Shown piece after piece: positions 24,048-37,000 of a stretch of DNA of 64,000 bases (the stretch's first letter is position 1; each line of letters begins with the position of its first letter). The translations under genes were made by a program, and so were the position numbers. Origin of the DNA: Bugula neritina (Eukaryota > Animalia > Bryozoa); assembly GCA_964035545.1 (NCBI GenBank), contig OZ037766.1, forward strand, positions 16,110,722 to 16,174,721, given 5' to 3'. The notes below the pieces were generated by a model. That model did no database searches and was not told the DNA's origin. It worked only from the letters and a program-made list of their open reading frames with translations.

Positions 24048-26515
24048 ATGGCATCTAAACCCAAGACAAAGAATATGTGGCAAAATTTACTCAAGGTAAA
24101 GTTGTTATTGAATTGCCCAATTTCTACTAATATAGTAACTATCATCTAAGAATGTGCAAGTGAAAAAGTTAGTTTTTAAAATTGTAATGTCGTTGAATTT
24201 TATTACCAGTAGATGTTTTTAACTAAACTAACAAAGTATTTTCATAGGTCACAGACCAAGTCAAATTACAATGTGTTCAATGAGCAATGAGTCATGTATA
24301 TATTATTGAGTGGGTCCATAAATTAGGTTGCTTTTTAATATGATTTGTTCTCAGTTAAACATATTATTTGTAGGTGTCAAGTAAGAATGAATTAGTAAAG
24401 CTTTGTCATCAAGCAATATTGTACAGAGGTTTGGAGCCAGATCACATTCCTGAGTCAACAGTTGCTATGTGGAGCTCCCAACTATCTGCGACCAAAGGAG
24501 AAACCAAGCAGGTCATTTTTTAAATGCTTGGTGGTAGAAATTTTTCAAGCACAAAATTCTAAATCAAAAGAAAGTATTTTGTTGTGTGGTAAAGAGTTGT
24601 TACGCTGGTCTTGCATGAGGTTTATTGATCTCATTTGCTAAAGATTTTCATAAAAGTTGATCATAATAATGTAGTCAACTTTTAGTGTTCTGCTCATTTA
24701 GTTTAAAGTTTGTTACATTTCCTGTGGTGTAGATGAATTCAGTTTTATTATTGAAAAAAGATAAAAAAATTTTATAAGTTTTCATGATCATTGTACAACT
24801 GTTGAGTGTGTATGTTTCTGTTACAGATTATTTCCAGTCTGTCGGTGTTACTGCAGCGAGCCGTGTTCATCTGCTCCTCTGACACTGCGGCTGTATCTAC
24901 ATGCTTCCCTAGTGAGTATGACATTCAAATGTATTTCATCGAGTATACTGTTTTCATAACTTTTAAGGCTTTTTGAAAATTAAATTAAGTTTTGTACTTT
25001 TTTCGTATTATTTATTCATGGAAACTAGTAAGAAAATCTCTTGTTTAGTTTCTATCATTGAATTTCAAAGCCACCATATATTAACTATTGGTAAATTAGC
25101 AATTTTTATTAACAGTAATGCCTTGTTTGCTGACTTGCTGCCCGATGAGAAACAACTTGATTGGTGTTGTGGTGTTTCTGTTGAAACTATGTAGGCATCT
25201 TGAGGTTAAAATATTTTGTATCTTGAGTATCAATATTTTTATGGCATTATAGTGTTGGGATAAAAGTATCAATGCTTCTGGCCAAGAATGAATATTAATA
25301 TAAGAACTTTGACATATTTGTTTACTAATGTCAACATAAGTAGTTTCCACTCATAGCTCTGCTGACTAGAAGTAATATAATTCGTTATTTTATGAATTTG
25401 TATGTGTATTCTTGTAGCTCAAGTTTTATTATAACTAAATTATGGAAGTATTTTATTCATGTATTGCTTCCCAATACTTGTAGAAGACATGAGCAAAGAC
25501 CTGAAAGATTTACTTAGTACAATAGTTATAAATAACTTTTCTAATTGGAAATCAGCATTGATTGTATCGAATGGTGAGTTATTGCTGCAATGTGTAACTT
25601 GTAATAATGCAGTCTTGATATCAGCAGTCCTAATTTAAACCAGTGACATCATGTCTATCATTACATCAATGCGTTTCATCGTTTTTCCTAGTATTTGTTT
25701 ATTTTAAAATTTGTTATCAAGTCTGAAACAGCTTTTATAGAACTTTTCACTTTGTGAATATTTTTTATGTTTGATTTTGCAAACTGCAATTTGTAAATCT
25801 GAAGCAAAGATTTTAGAGTATTAACAGTTCACTCCTCATTAATTGAATTATAATTATATTATAATACATATTATATTGATACATACACAATTCCAGTGAC
25901 AATATTTTTATTGAATAAAATGATACACTTTGTTCATTTTATTATACACAATCAACACTTGTATATATATGTATTATTTCACTGATCTTCAGCTACTTTG
26001 CCACAATTGGTTGATGTCAAGTGTACCGTAAACAGCTCGATCACTAACTTTGGAATGGATGAACTTCCTGCAACAGAAGCTAAATGCGATCTTCAGCTTA
26101 AGGTCGGAGTTGCTTTATCTTCTGTACTTTCTGCATTTTTTTTTTCTGTATTTTGTATTTTAAATGTGATTTGACATCTAATAGTTGTTATAGTATTATA
26201 ATATCTAGTTTTGAAGGCTTTCAGATTAGAACACTTCAACTGACTTAGGATTTTGAAAATTGGATTCAAGTAAAAATATTTATTAAAAACATTTCAGCTG
26301 TTTCTATTATTTCATTATACAAAATTTAGAAAATCTAAGAATCTGATTGGCTTGTGTATCTAATGAGTTGTATTTTGTGCCACTTATAGATACAAGACCA
26401 TACGTCTGTTGACCAGTCATATCGCACTGTAAATGTACAACTGACAAAAGAGAAGCTCAATGCAATGCTTGATGGATTGGGCAAAATAAAAAACCAACTT
26501 GCGTCTGTAGCATAG
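24048..26515 (+). CDS. COMMD9: COMM domain-containing protein 9, 6 coding exons
   Basis: MASKPKTKNMWQNLLK|VSSKNELVKLCHQ...CFPKDMSKDLKDLLSTIVINNFSNWK...TLPQLVDVKCTVN...LQLK|IQD...VNVQLTKEKLNAMLDGLGKIKNQLASVA*. Matches the recalled COMMD9 sequence, including LLKxSSK and MLDGLGxIxxQL. All introns GT-AG and in phase. Confidence 0.92.
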
Positions 26516-26850
26516 AACTAACAGTGTTTTTATATTTAATTTATTTACCTTATGCAAAATAAGATGTATCATTTTTATTAGTAAGGAAATTCTAAATGAG
26601 AGTTTAATTTTTTATACACATTTTTCAATCGGCATATGAAAATATTAATAAATTATCAAATTGTTATAAATAATTTGTGAAATATATTCATGAAATATAC
26701 ATAGGAAATAGAGATGTGATTAGCTTGGTATCAAGTACAATAACTTCCATCTGTAAGGTTCATGCTATAGAACGTGCAGTAAAAGTGAAGGCAACAGTAG
26801 CACCAACTCAAACAGTAAACACATTGAAATGACCACAATATACAATAACT

Positions 26851-29800
26851 TCACATGCGTATCACCAACTTTCCGATAACTTCTCTAGCCGCCATCTTTT
26901 CAAAGCCGTCATTTACCTGAAAAAGTGAATACATTTAGTAGGAAAACTAGAAACTTGAATATCTATATATGTGTGGAATAAGTATATTTCAAATTAAAAC
27001 TTCATTTTTGTTATTTTGTAATTAGAAATTTCAATTTAGTGAGTTCTTATAAATTGGAGAATTAATTTCACTGTAAAATATCTTTTTCAAATATTTCTTC
27101 ACAATAATTGATGATTCAAAATTACTACAAGATTTTTCAATCATCTTTGGATTAGAATATTTTAATTTGAACAGGTCAACACTTTATGAAAGAATAACCA
27201 CAATGCTTCATCACTTGAAACATATTCACCCTTTCTAATGGTATAGCCTCTTGAACCAGTGGGTTAATCTTGCCATCTAAAAATAAGTTGGTAATGATGT
27301 TAGCTGTCTCCTTAAACACTCCTGGTGGGGTAGTAGCGGTACCAGCCCACAATCCAGATACGGTTGCAGATTTGAGTAAGAGGATGTTAGCTGGTATCTT
27401 AGGAATGCCCGCAGTGTATCCAATAGTGATGAATCGGCCTTCGAAAGCTAAGCTGCATAAGAGGAACACATGCTGATACAGTTAGAGAGCCTTTGACTAG
27501 ATTGGAAACTGCAGAGTCAAATAGAAGTTGAATGGGTCGACATATGCAACTCAACACAAGTAGTGTGTAAACGCTAATAAAAGCATATTCTAACCTTTTG
27601 ACTAGATCAATAGCACCATCACCTCCAACAACATCAAATACAATGTCGACCCCTGAAGGTGCAATACTTTTTATTTCTTGTCTTATACTCTCTGATCTGT
27701 AATCTATGATATAATCTGCTCCAGATTTTCTCACTTGCTCGGATTTTTCTTTTCTACACATTCCAATAACCTATGAAGGATATTATTTATAAGGTAACAG
27801 AAGCAAAGAGGTTAAAATATTTACAAAAAGAGTTTTGGTCTCAAAAGAAGTAATAACTGAGAACGTTACAAAAAATATTGCTGAGAATTTTACAGACATT
27901 AATTTTCTTAAACTAACATTTAAAACTGAAAAACTGTGGGAACAATTTTTGTAGCCTGAAATTATTACTAACCAAGAGTTTATACTCCAAAAACACTTAA
28001 CGTAAATTTCCCAGTGGATGTTGCTAAATGATAGGCAGCTTAGGCGAGGTTGCTTGCAGCCACTTACTTTACACTTAAATATTTTAGAGGCTAAAAAGAG
28101 GTTAAAATATTTACAAAAAGAGTTTTGGTCTCAAAAGAAGTAACTGAGAACAGTTCAAAAAATATTGCTGAGAATTTTACAGACATTAATTTTCTTGAAC
28201 TAACATTTAAAACTGACAAACTGTGGGAACAATTTTTGTAGCCTGAAATTATTACTAACCATGAGTTTATACTCCAAAAACACTTAACGTAAATTTCCCA
28301 GTGGATGTTGCTAAATGATAGACAGCTTAAGCGAGGTTGCTTGCAGCCACTTACTTTACACTTGAATATTTTAGAGGCTAATTCTACAGCTGCGAATCCA
28401 ACTCCACCAGATGCACCAGTTACCAAAACCGTATCCCTAAAATATTCAGATCAAAAAATATATGAATAATTGGATAACAAAGACTAATTACAAATTCTTA
28501 AGACGCACCTCAGACAGTATGCAAATGCTGACATTAAATAAGTGCGGCTATGAATTGTAATAACACAAAGATAGTCAGCATTACCATCTTACTACAATAT
28601 TACTTTAGCATATATTTATGCAAGGAAAGCAGTGAATTTTTACCCTTCTTTAATGAGCCCTTTTCTAGTCCAGCCCATCCAAGCTGTACCATAATTCACA
28701 ACTAGACTAGCTAACTTTGAGTAGTTTTCATCCTCTATAGGATTTGAGGAGATTTTAATCAATGACCCCTGGCAAGTAATAAAGGACATAGCGGGTTGCA
28801 AATTTTATTAAATTTTGCAGGTACACATAGACAAAGTCCAACAACGACAAACCCCCATCTCATTGTCATGTAACTACAAACCAGTGGGCCAGAGAAATAA
28901 AGCAAATGCCTATTATATAGGTATACTCATATATCTAATATTTTCATAGATTTCATGCAATAGTATAGTTCAATTAAGCATAAATTATATTGACTAAAGT
29001 TTTAGAAGATAGCAGTGCATAAGAAAACTGATCAAAATCAAATTTAGCACAAGTAAAATCATCAAATATGACAAATCTTTATATTTTTTCACACATGCAA
29101 TAGAAGTTTTCAAGTATTATATTTTAAATGAATAACCTAAGAAACAAGGAAGCATTACGGCTGACTGCAATACACAGAGTATACATTTTACAGAGGTCTA
29201 ACTACGCAAAGCTTGCTCTTATAATTAGAGTAGTTTTTATAATTTAAAAAAACCTATTACTTTTTGAAAACATAAAAATATAACAGCTTCTAGTCTAACA
29301 TTGAGTCAGAAAAATATTAAATGATTAAGCATGTCTTTTATTGTGACTACTAAGTGGACAGACTGTGCTGCTATTTGTACAACATAATTCTAGTACCCAA
29401 TCTAGCAACTTTACTAGAGCAACAATGATAATACTCCCACACACCTTTCGGGCATTTAAATTTTGATTAAAACGTAGTTCCACAAGCAGAAAACATATTT
29501 AAAATAGACATGATTGTATTGATGACAAACAAGTACACTGAATCTTTCCAGAATAACTAATGAGCACATGCCCAGCATAGTTACATTACTTTATAAACAA
29601 TATATTTATACCGTATGACTCAGAAATAATATATCTTTGACCTATAATACTCCAGAATGATGAACTTACAATTTCCAGCATAGAACTTGGTAAAGTAAGA
29701 ATCTCTTGCAAGGCATCTGTTTTAGCAAGCCCAGCTACGACATCACCTACTGAGAGCCCAGAAACCTCTCGCCCTACTTCTAAAATATTTCCCGAAAATT

Positions 29801-30649
29801 CCGATCCTAATAAAAAAGAAAGACAAATCACTCTAGCAATACAATTAATATTACACAATTGCAACTGACTGCAAAGTGAAAAATAAATCCTTTATGTCTA
29901 AAGGTAAATACACTCATTTAGCATGACGTTAGTTGTCACTTGACTAATGCTAATGCCTTTTACCAACACCCAAACAAATTAGCTAAGTGAAAAAATCTCT
30001 AGCAGTTTATCCGCCGATTTTCATGAAAAATCGGCCTGTGTACATGTAACTTTAAGCAAACCTGGCACGAAAGGTGGGTCTCTTTTTACTTGGTATTCTC
30101 CTCTAGTAGCAAGGTATGTGGCATAATGCAACCCACATGCTTTTGTTTGTACCCGAACCTAAAGCCAAAGTATCATACTATATCTATGAATGCAGATTTA
30201 TATATATGTCCTTTGAGCAATAAGATTAGAAAACAGCAAATTAAATGTAATGAAATCAGGACAATTTATTAACTGCAGTGCTTATATCCCTCAAAAATAC
30301 ATTTATAAACTTTAAAATACAATAGATATTTTCCAAACATCAATATCAACTATAAATTTTTTAAAATCTTATAACACTAACTCAGTGAGTTTATTTAATT
30401 ATGCTTATTACTTCATCATCTTTTAAAGGGGAAATGCATTTATTCACAAGGACAAGAGGTTTCTTCCATTCCTGGCATTGGGCAGCCTTAAAAGACACTC
30501 TTCCTGCAAATGCAGATAATCCTCTCCTAAAATGCAACTAGTGAAGTTAAACATATTTGATTATTAATAATAAATAATTGCAGATAATCATCAAGACATA
30601 TTTACTATGCTAACTTGAACAGTGAATAAAGTAAATATCACCTTGACAT
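26851..30649 (-). CDS. Quinone oxidoreductase-like protein (zeta-crystallin/MDR family), paralogue A, 9 coding exons
   Basis: MSRRGLSAFAGRVSFKAAQC..., GEYQVKRDPPFVPGSEFSG, NYGTAWMG, DTVLVTGASGGVGFAAVELA (Rossmann motif), GADYIIDY, GVDIVFDVVGG, LAFEGRFITIGY, REVIGKLVIRM* (TGA 26853-26851). Confidence 0.92.
27805..28381. repeat. ~288-bp tandem duplication spanning a QOR-A exon 3' end and intron
   Basis: 27805-28094 and 28095-28381 are near-identical; each contains the last ~27 nt of the Rossmann exon and its GTAAGT donor. Confidence 0.95.
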
Positions 30650-31679
30650 TGCAAGGAGTTTAAGTTTAGTCTTCCCAGTATCAGTTTGTGACTAATCCGT
30701 AATAAACTGAGTGATTGCTGATAAGTATGAAAGTAATATTTATACTAGTAGATGTGGTAGTCGAACTAATACTTATACTTATTTAATCCGTCAATAGACT
30801 CAGTCAATAATTGTAGTATCCTTGCTGAAAGTTTGCATCTTCGAGGAATACTAGAAGGACTATGAACTTGAGTACTGACTGTAACAATAAAAAATAGTTT
30901 ACTATACTGCACCAGTTGTTATCAACCTTTTGTAGACATGCCCTCCTTTTATTCAACCCAAAATTTCCCGTGTCTCCCTATTATGACTACCAGCATCAGT
31001 ACAAAACATCAAATTTAATATACATGGTAGAGTAAACTGACGATTCATATATTAATAATTGAATATCACTTGAATGATATTGTGAAGCGAAATGGGTAAA
31101 CTATTTTGAAAATTTTCTAAGACTACTGTAATCTTGAGAATGAAGAACCTCAGGAGCCAGGGCCCAGAATATATTGATAGCCTACTATCAGATTAGTCAG
31201 TCGATTATAGTAGATCAATCTAAGAAGTCATGATGTATTTTCTTCAACATAAATATCTATGGATAAACCACTCTGGCAGTATTTTGCTAACAGAGAACTT
31301 ACACGACAGTGAAATACTTAGGCTACATCACTATGAAGTAAGAACCCAAGAGGTACTTATATTGTGAATATTGCTATTATTATTACAATAATTATGATGG
31401 TTATGTTTTATTTAGATTATACTCAGTATTGCATCATTCATTGAAAAGTAGCATAGCTCTTCAAGTTCAACCTATACGTATAGTTTATCGTTTTGCTTTT
31501 TTTTTTAATCAGCTCTTATTCTTACAGCTACGGCAGACAATAGCTTTGATAAAATTTATCTCACGACACCAGTACACGCCGAATTCATTTACATTTTGAT
31601 TTAGGGATAATATTTAAGCTGCACTCAATATCATAGTTATCCTCATAGTCATACTCAAACTGATATTGATTATTAAATT

Positions 31680-33160
31680 TAACATTATAATTTAAATTAC
31701 ACTTACACTTACAGTCACAGAAATACCAATACTAACTAAATATTAATACTAATAGCATCAGTCAGAATCATAATGAACTATTACTATTACTCACTACTAT
31801 TAGTATTACTATTAGTATTATTAATTAATAATATCAAAAGTAATACTAATAGTAATACTAATAGTAATAGTAATACTAATAGTAATACTAATACTAATAG
31901 TAATACTCACTAATAGTAGTACTAATTTTATAGATTTTTGAATATTCAATTTCATAATTATTATCATTATGATTATGATTCAATTATAATAGTAATCATC
32001 ATTGATTGCCAGTGTGAGTGTCGCATTCACTTTTAGAGTTTAAGTTTTAGTTAAATTATATTCATTGACATTAAGTTTAACACGCATATTCATATTGATA
32101 TTGATGTTGTCTATTGATTCAGATATCATCATTCAATTTTATATTCATATTGATATTCAAAGTTCATACTGATAACAGAACTTGAAAATGTGATACTAAT
32201 TGTATTTTTTTTATATTCATGTTTCAAAGATAAAATTAGACTTACTTATCTGATCATTATCATTATGGTTATGACTAAAACCTTTTGAATATTTATTTAG
32301 TGAGGAAACAACTAAATGTTAATATTTTATTGGTGATTTACTTCAATCTATCGTTACATGGTCTTGCTCAATACTGATGGTAATAAGGTTATTTAGACTG
32401 ATGACAACGACTCAACTTTTGTTGCGTTGTGGTACCCCGCCCATTTCTCCAATTGCTGGCACCGTCCCCTTGCGAGCTTTGTATTCGAAATCAATTGTCA
32501 TTGTGATATTTTTTCTTCCACTCTAACTTGTAACTTTTGCTTGTTAAAGTGTTTACTCATTCAAATCAATGGCTAGCTGCGGAAGACTTAATACACTAAG
32601 GTATACAACTGGTTTAAACTTGAAGCATTTAGTTTTACTTCTACTTTTACTTTTAGTTTTACTCATACTGTGACTGTTACTGTTAGTGTTACTGTTAGTG
32701 TTACTGTTAGTGTTTAACTTTAGTCATTAGTGTTTACTGTTTTAGTTTAGGTAAACTCATTCTGATAATTATTGTAAATTAACTATTGTTTGGCCATTCT
32801 TTATTATAATTATGATTATCTATCATTTCAATAAGTATCCTTATTAATATTACCATTATAAATTAAAATTATATAATCATTATTTCTATCACTGAGTGTA
32901 TCCCTATGAGTACGATCATCACTTTAACTACCAGTATTTCTATGATTATGACTGTAAATGTAATAATAGTTATTATAATATAAGTATTTGTATCATTATA
33001 GCGGAATACCAAGGGTATGATACACTAACTATAACTATAAGTATAACAGTTACACTTACTGTTAGACTTCACCGTTAACATTAGTGACTATCACTTTGAC
33101 TATTATCGTGAGTATCAGGTATTGCTGATAGTATGACTATGTGATAGTCATTGACATTGT
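31680..33160. repeat. Degenerate 6-bp-periodic (A[CG]T-NNN) low-complexity DNA between the divergent QOR genes
   Basis: For example 14 consecutive in-register hexamers at 32631-32714 and 11 at 31839-31904. Confidence 0.8.
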
Positions 33161-34054
33161 AGTTGTGATTGAATGGTTTAATAAAAGCAAAGTTCAAGCA
33201 TTCAGCTTTACTCATTTACTGATTTAGTTTCAGTTAATGTCATTATTTGGTATCATTATAATTGTGGGACTGGTTGTGAGTAGGAACTTTTGGTGATTAA
33301 TTCCAATGACTTATAAGAGACCTTAGAATCTCTGAAGTCAGGCCTTCATAACACTCCTCCGTGAAAGTCTCCTCTTCCCTCTCGAGGGTCGAGAGACTCA
33401 ACACAGATACAGATACAGACTATGAATATGTAATTTAAATTATAATCGTTGCTAATCAAGATATATTTAAACTGATACTTGTACACATTGCCTGCAGTAG
33501 TTTATAATTGCAATAATGGCTTTATAATGGCCATGGTGCTAGCCCGTTCAAACCACATTGACTCAAATACTTGAAGTTGAAAATTTTTTGAATAAAATCA
33601 ACCTGCTAAGACCTCACTCGACTTGCTCCTTAAGTAACTTGAAATTGACTTAAACAGTTTGAAATTGACTTGCTGGAAGTATTTGAAAATCAATTTTATT
33701 ATGTTTCATCAAATACAAATTATTATAGATTTTATATCATTTCACCTAATTAGCTACAAATTTATTTATATTACATGAATCCATGTAACATCTAGCCAAT
33801 TTTCAATAACTGTATCAATGTATGCAATCTTTTGAATAAAATTTTATATATGTGAATTTGCTAGAGTGAACGTATAGATTATTGATGGACTTAGATTTAG
33901 CTTGAATATTTTTTCGTTGGCTTGGTACACTATGACTACAACATGGCTCTGGTGATGTGGTAGTAATAGTGACAGTGCTGCTATTCTTACTAAGTTTGAG
34001 TCACTATTCTGTTAGTATCAATCAATAGTGATAAATATCCTTATACTTGTAAAA

Positions 34055-37000
34055 ATGTTATCAAAATATATTTCAAGTCTTAGTAGTGTCAAAAGCAGCT
34101 TCCAGTTACAACATTACTATTAGGCTAATACAAAATGGCAAAAGCAGATAGTTAGTGGAGGGTAGTCTTGCTAAGTTAATTATGGAGTTGTTGGTAATGC
34201 ACTTTAGTGTCTAAGAATGGTATAGAATAAAATAATCTTAGCAATGAAAAAAATGCTAAATACTGAGATTTTATTTTATTGCATTTCAAACGAATCATAA
34301 GTTGACACTAAAATATTTAGTTCTTGCAATGCTTGAACATAGCAGTTCATGTCCCACTCTCTGATGCTGCTATAGTAGTAGTTAGTTAATCCAGAAAGTT
34401 CTGTCCTGTTGCAGAAGACAGTTATGTACTTCAGCAGCAAAGATATCGTTTAGAGCTGCTGAGTGTCAAGAATGGAAGAAACCACTGGTTCTTGTAAACA
34501 GACATATTTCACCTTTGGAAGACTATGAAGTAATTAGTATACTAGTTTATATTAGTATGTTTGAGCTTTGTGTTGCTACTTGCTGTTACACACTCTTGAC
34601 TATTCGGCTGTATTGCATGAGTGGATATTAAATATCAATCTATTTGGCAATTTTAGATTCGTGTGAAGACCAAGGCTTGTGGACTGAATTATGCCACATA
34701 TCTAGCTACAAGAGGGGAGTACCAAGTGAAAACAGAGCCACCTTTTGTTCCAGGTTGGCTAATTTATTATAGCTTAATAATTCAGACTAGTTGAAAAAAC
34801 TTGTTTAGTATAACTTGTGCAGCATCCAGCCATAATTGCTTCTCTACGGCATTGCAAAAAAAAACTTTCAAACCATGTTGTTCAAATGGTAAGAGGTGTA
34901 TTCCAACACGTCAATACTAGTAATCCATGGAACTAGAACTGTAACTATTAACAACTTTTACTTTTAATCTAGTTTATTAATTTTGGTGTTGATAAATAAT
35001 ATACTTCAACACATTTTTGTGTTTTATAAAAATGTGGTGGATATGTTATTTTACATAAATAATTAAATCAGTATTTCTTATGTTTAAAAAAAGAAAACTT
35101 CATTGGATTTTCAATAAGTTGCATTTTAGGCTCTGAATTTGCTGGTGAAGTGTTAGAAGTGGGTAAGGATGTCACAGGGCTCTCGATAGGTGATGTCGTA
35201 GTTGGACTCGCAAACACTGATGGTATACAAGAAGTTCTAACTGTTCCAGCATTTATGCTGGACTTGGTGAGTTCACTTTGTCACATCCCGGTGTTTTTGC
35301 AGTAGTTAGTGTCAGTGTAATCTAAAGTATCTTCGCTTCTAATATAATTTATTATAGATTGTCTACAGTTATTTGGCTGATGTCTTGAAAACCTGTAGGT
35401 TAAAAATTGGCAATAATGATCGATGTGAAGCAAAATGACTTGGAAAAAAGCTTGTGGATTCACACCAACTTACACCTTAATTTTTAATTTTTAGCAAGTT
35501 ATATACATATTTGATATGATATTGTTTTGCTATGTTCTTGGTCAAGTTTTAATAACTAAAGAAGTTAAATATAATTTGTCACAAATTTCTAATCTACATA
35601 TTTGAATTAAAGCTGTAGGTTATGAAAGCATTGAAAAAGCATTATTTTAGAAAACCAGAATACTACAAAAGCAGCAAATATATCATACACATGTACATGC
35701 ATTTGGTTTCTGTCTATGCCCTGTGGCTTTTTCAATAGCGCAAGCTGCTATCTATGTAACATTATTATTTTGTCATGACGTTTTAAAACTGTGAATTTTT
35801 CATTTGACAGATTTTGTTGTTAATGATTTTCATGGTTTGAATTTTACTGCATAACCACAAACTTAGGTTATATTTATTTAACTTTTACTGGCATAGTTGG
35901 TCATATCTACCAAGCTGACAACTGTTACCTTAAGAGCCACTATAAGCATCTGCTAGGTAGGGTTATATTTATACTAGTTAAATAACCAATAAGAACACTG
36001 CAAAACTAAGTTTAGAAAGTTATAATAAGCTGTTATAGTTTGAAGCAACATTTTTTCATTATCCCTGTTGCTTTACATTAATACATTTAATGTGTATTAT
36101 ATGGGCTTTAGGGTGCATTAGTCAAAGTGAATGCCAGATCATCAAATAGTGTAGACTACTCCAAATTAGCCAGTTTATTGGTAAATTATGGAACGGCTTG
36201 GATGGGCCTAACTAGAAAGGCTCTGATTAAAGAAGGGTGAGTTGGTAGTTTTCGTCACCAAAATATACTTTTTGATTTTTGTAGCTTTGAATGATTACTA
36301 TAGCTTGTTTCAGCCATTTCGATATGGTTATTAATCAATTGCATTGTTATTACAATTGCAACAAAGCAGCAGATATAAGTCATTTAGCCAGTAGTGGATA
36401 AGTTCTAATAAACAGGGAGAATACAAACTGCATTGACCTAAACTATATTTCTTAACTTTGCTCTTTTACTTTAGCTTTAAAATATGGTGGCCACCATTTC
36501 ATTTTATTGAAGATAAGCGAATTCCAAAAAGACCCTTAAGAAATCATGATCATGTTTTATTTGTAGCTGTATTTACTCGAAAAAAGAGATTTGTTATCAA
36601 AGTTTAGAAAGAAACATAATCCAACGAAAACTCATTCAATATTGCATATCTTTTAGGGATACAGTTTTGGTAACTGGTGCATCTGGTGGAGTTGGACTCG
36701 CTGCAGTAGAATTAGCCTCTAAAATATTCAAGTGTACAGTAAGTTGTGTTTCAAAACTAAGTTTCGCGTTAAGTCTATATACACATTCTCATAAAAGTTG
36801 AAATATTTATTTTTTAGTGTTTTGATTTTTATGCTAAACGAACGCTTTTTACAAGCAGTTTGTGTATCTCATAACTTATCTTTATTTCAGAATTTATTGA
36901 GTTCTCTGAAGTGTCATAGCTTAACTACTTGGCATGGTTTTGAAAAACTTTTTGTAGATGTTGGAAATTGGCATCTTGTTGAAATTGGACTTTTTTTGAA

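Noticed and set aside
32896-33078. 60-aa ORF with alternating Y/D and I/T residues
   Set aside because: By-product of the 6-bp-periodic lattice; GTG start and no splice or homology support.
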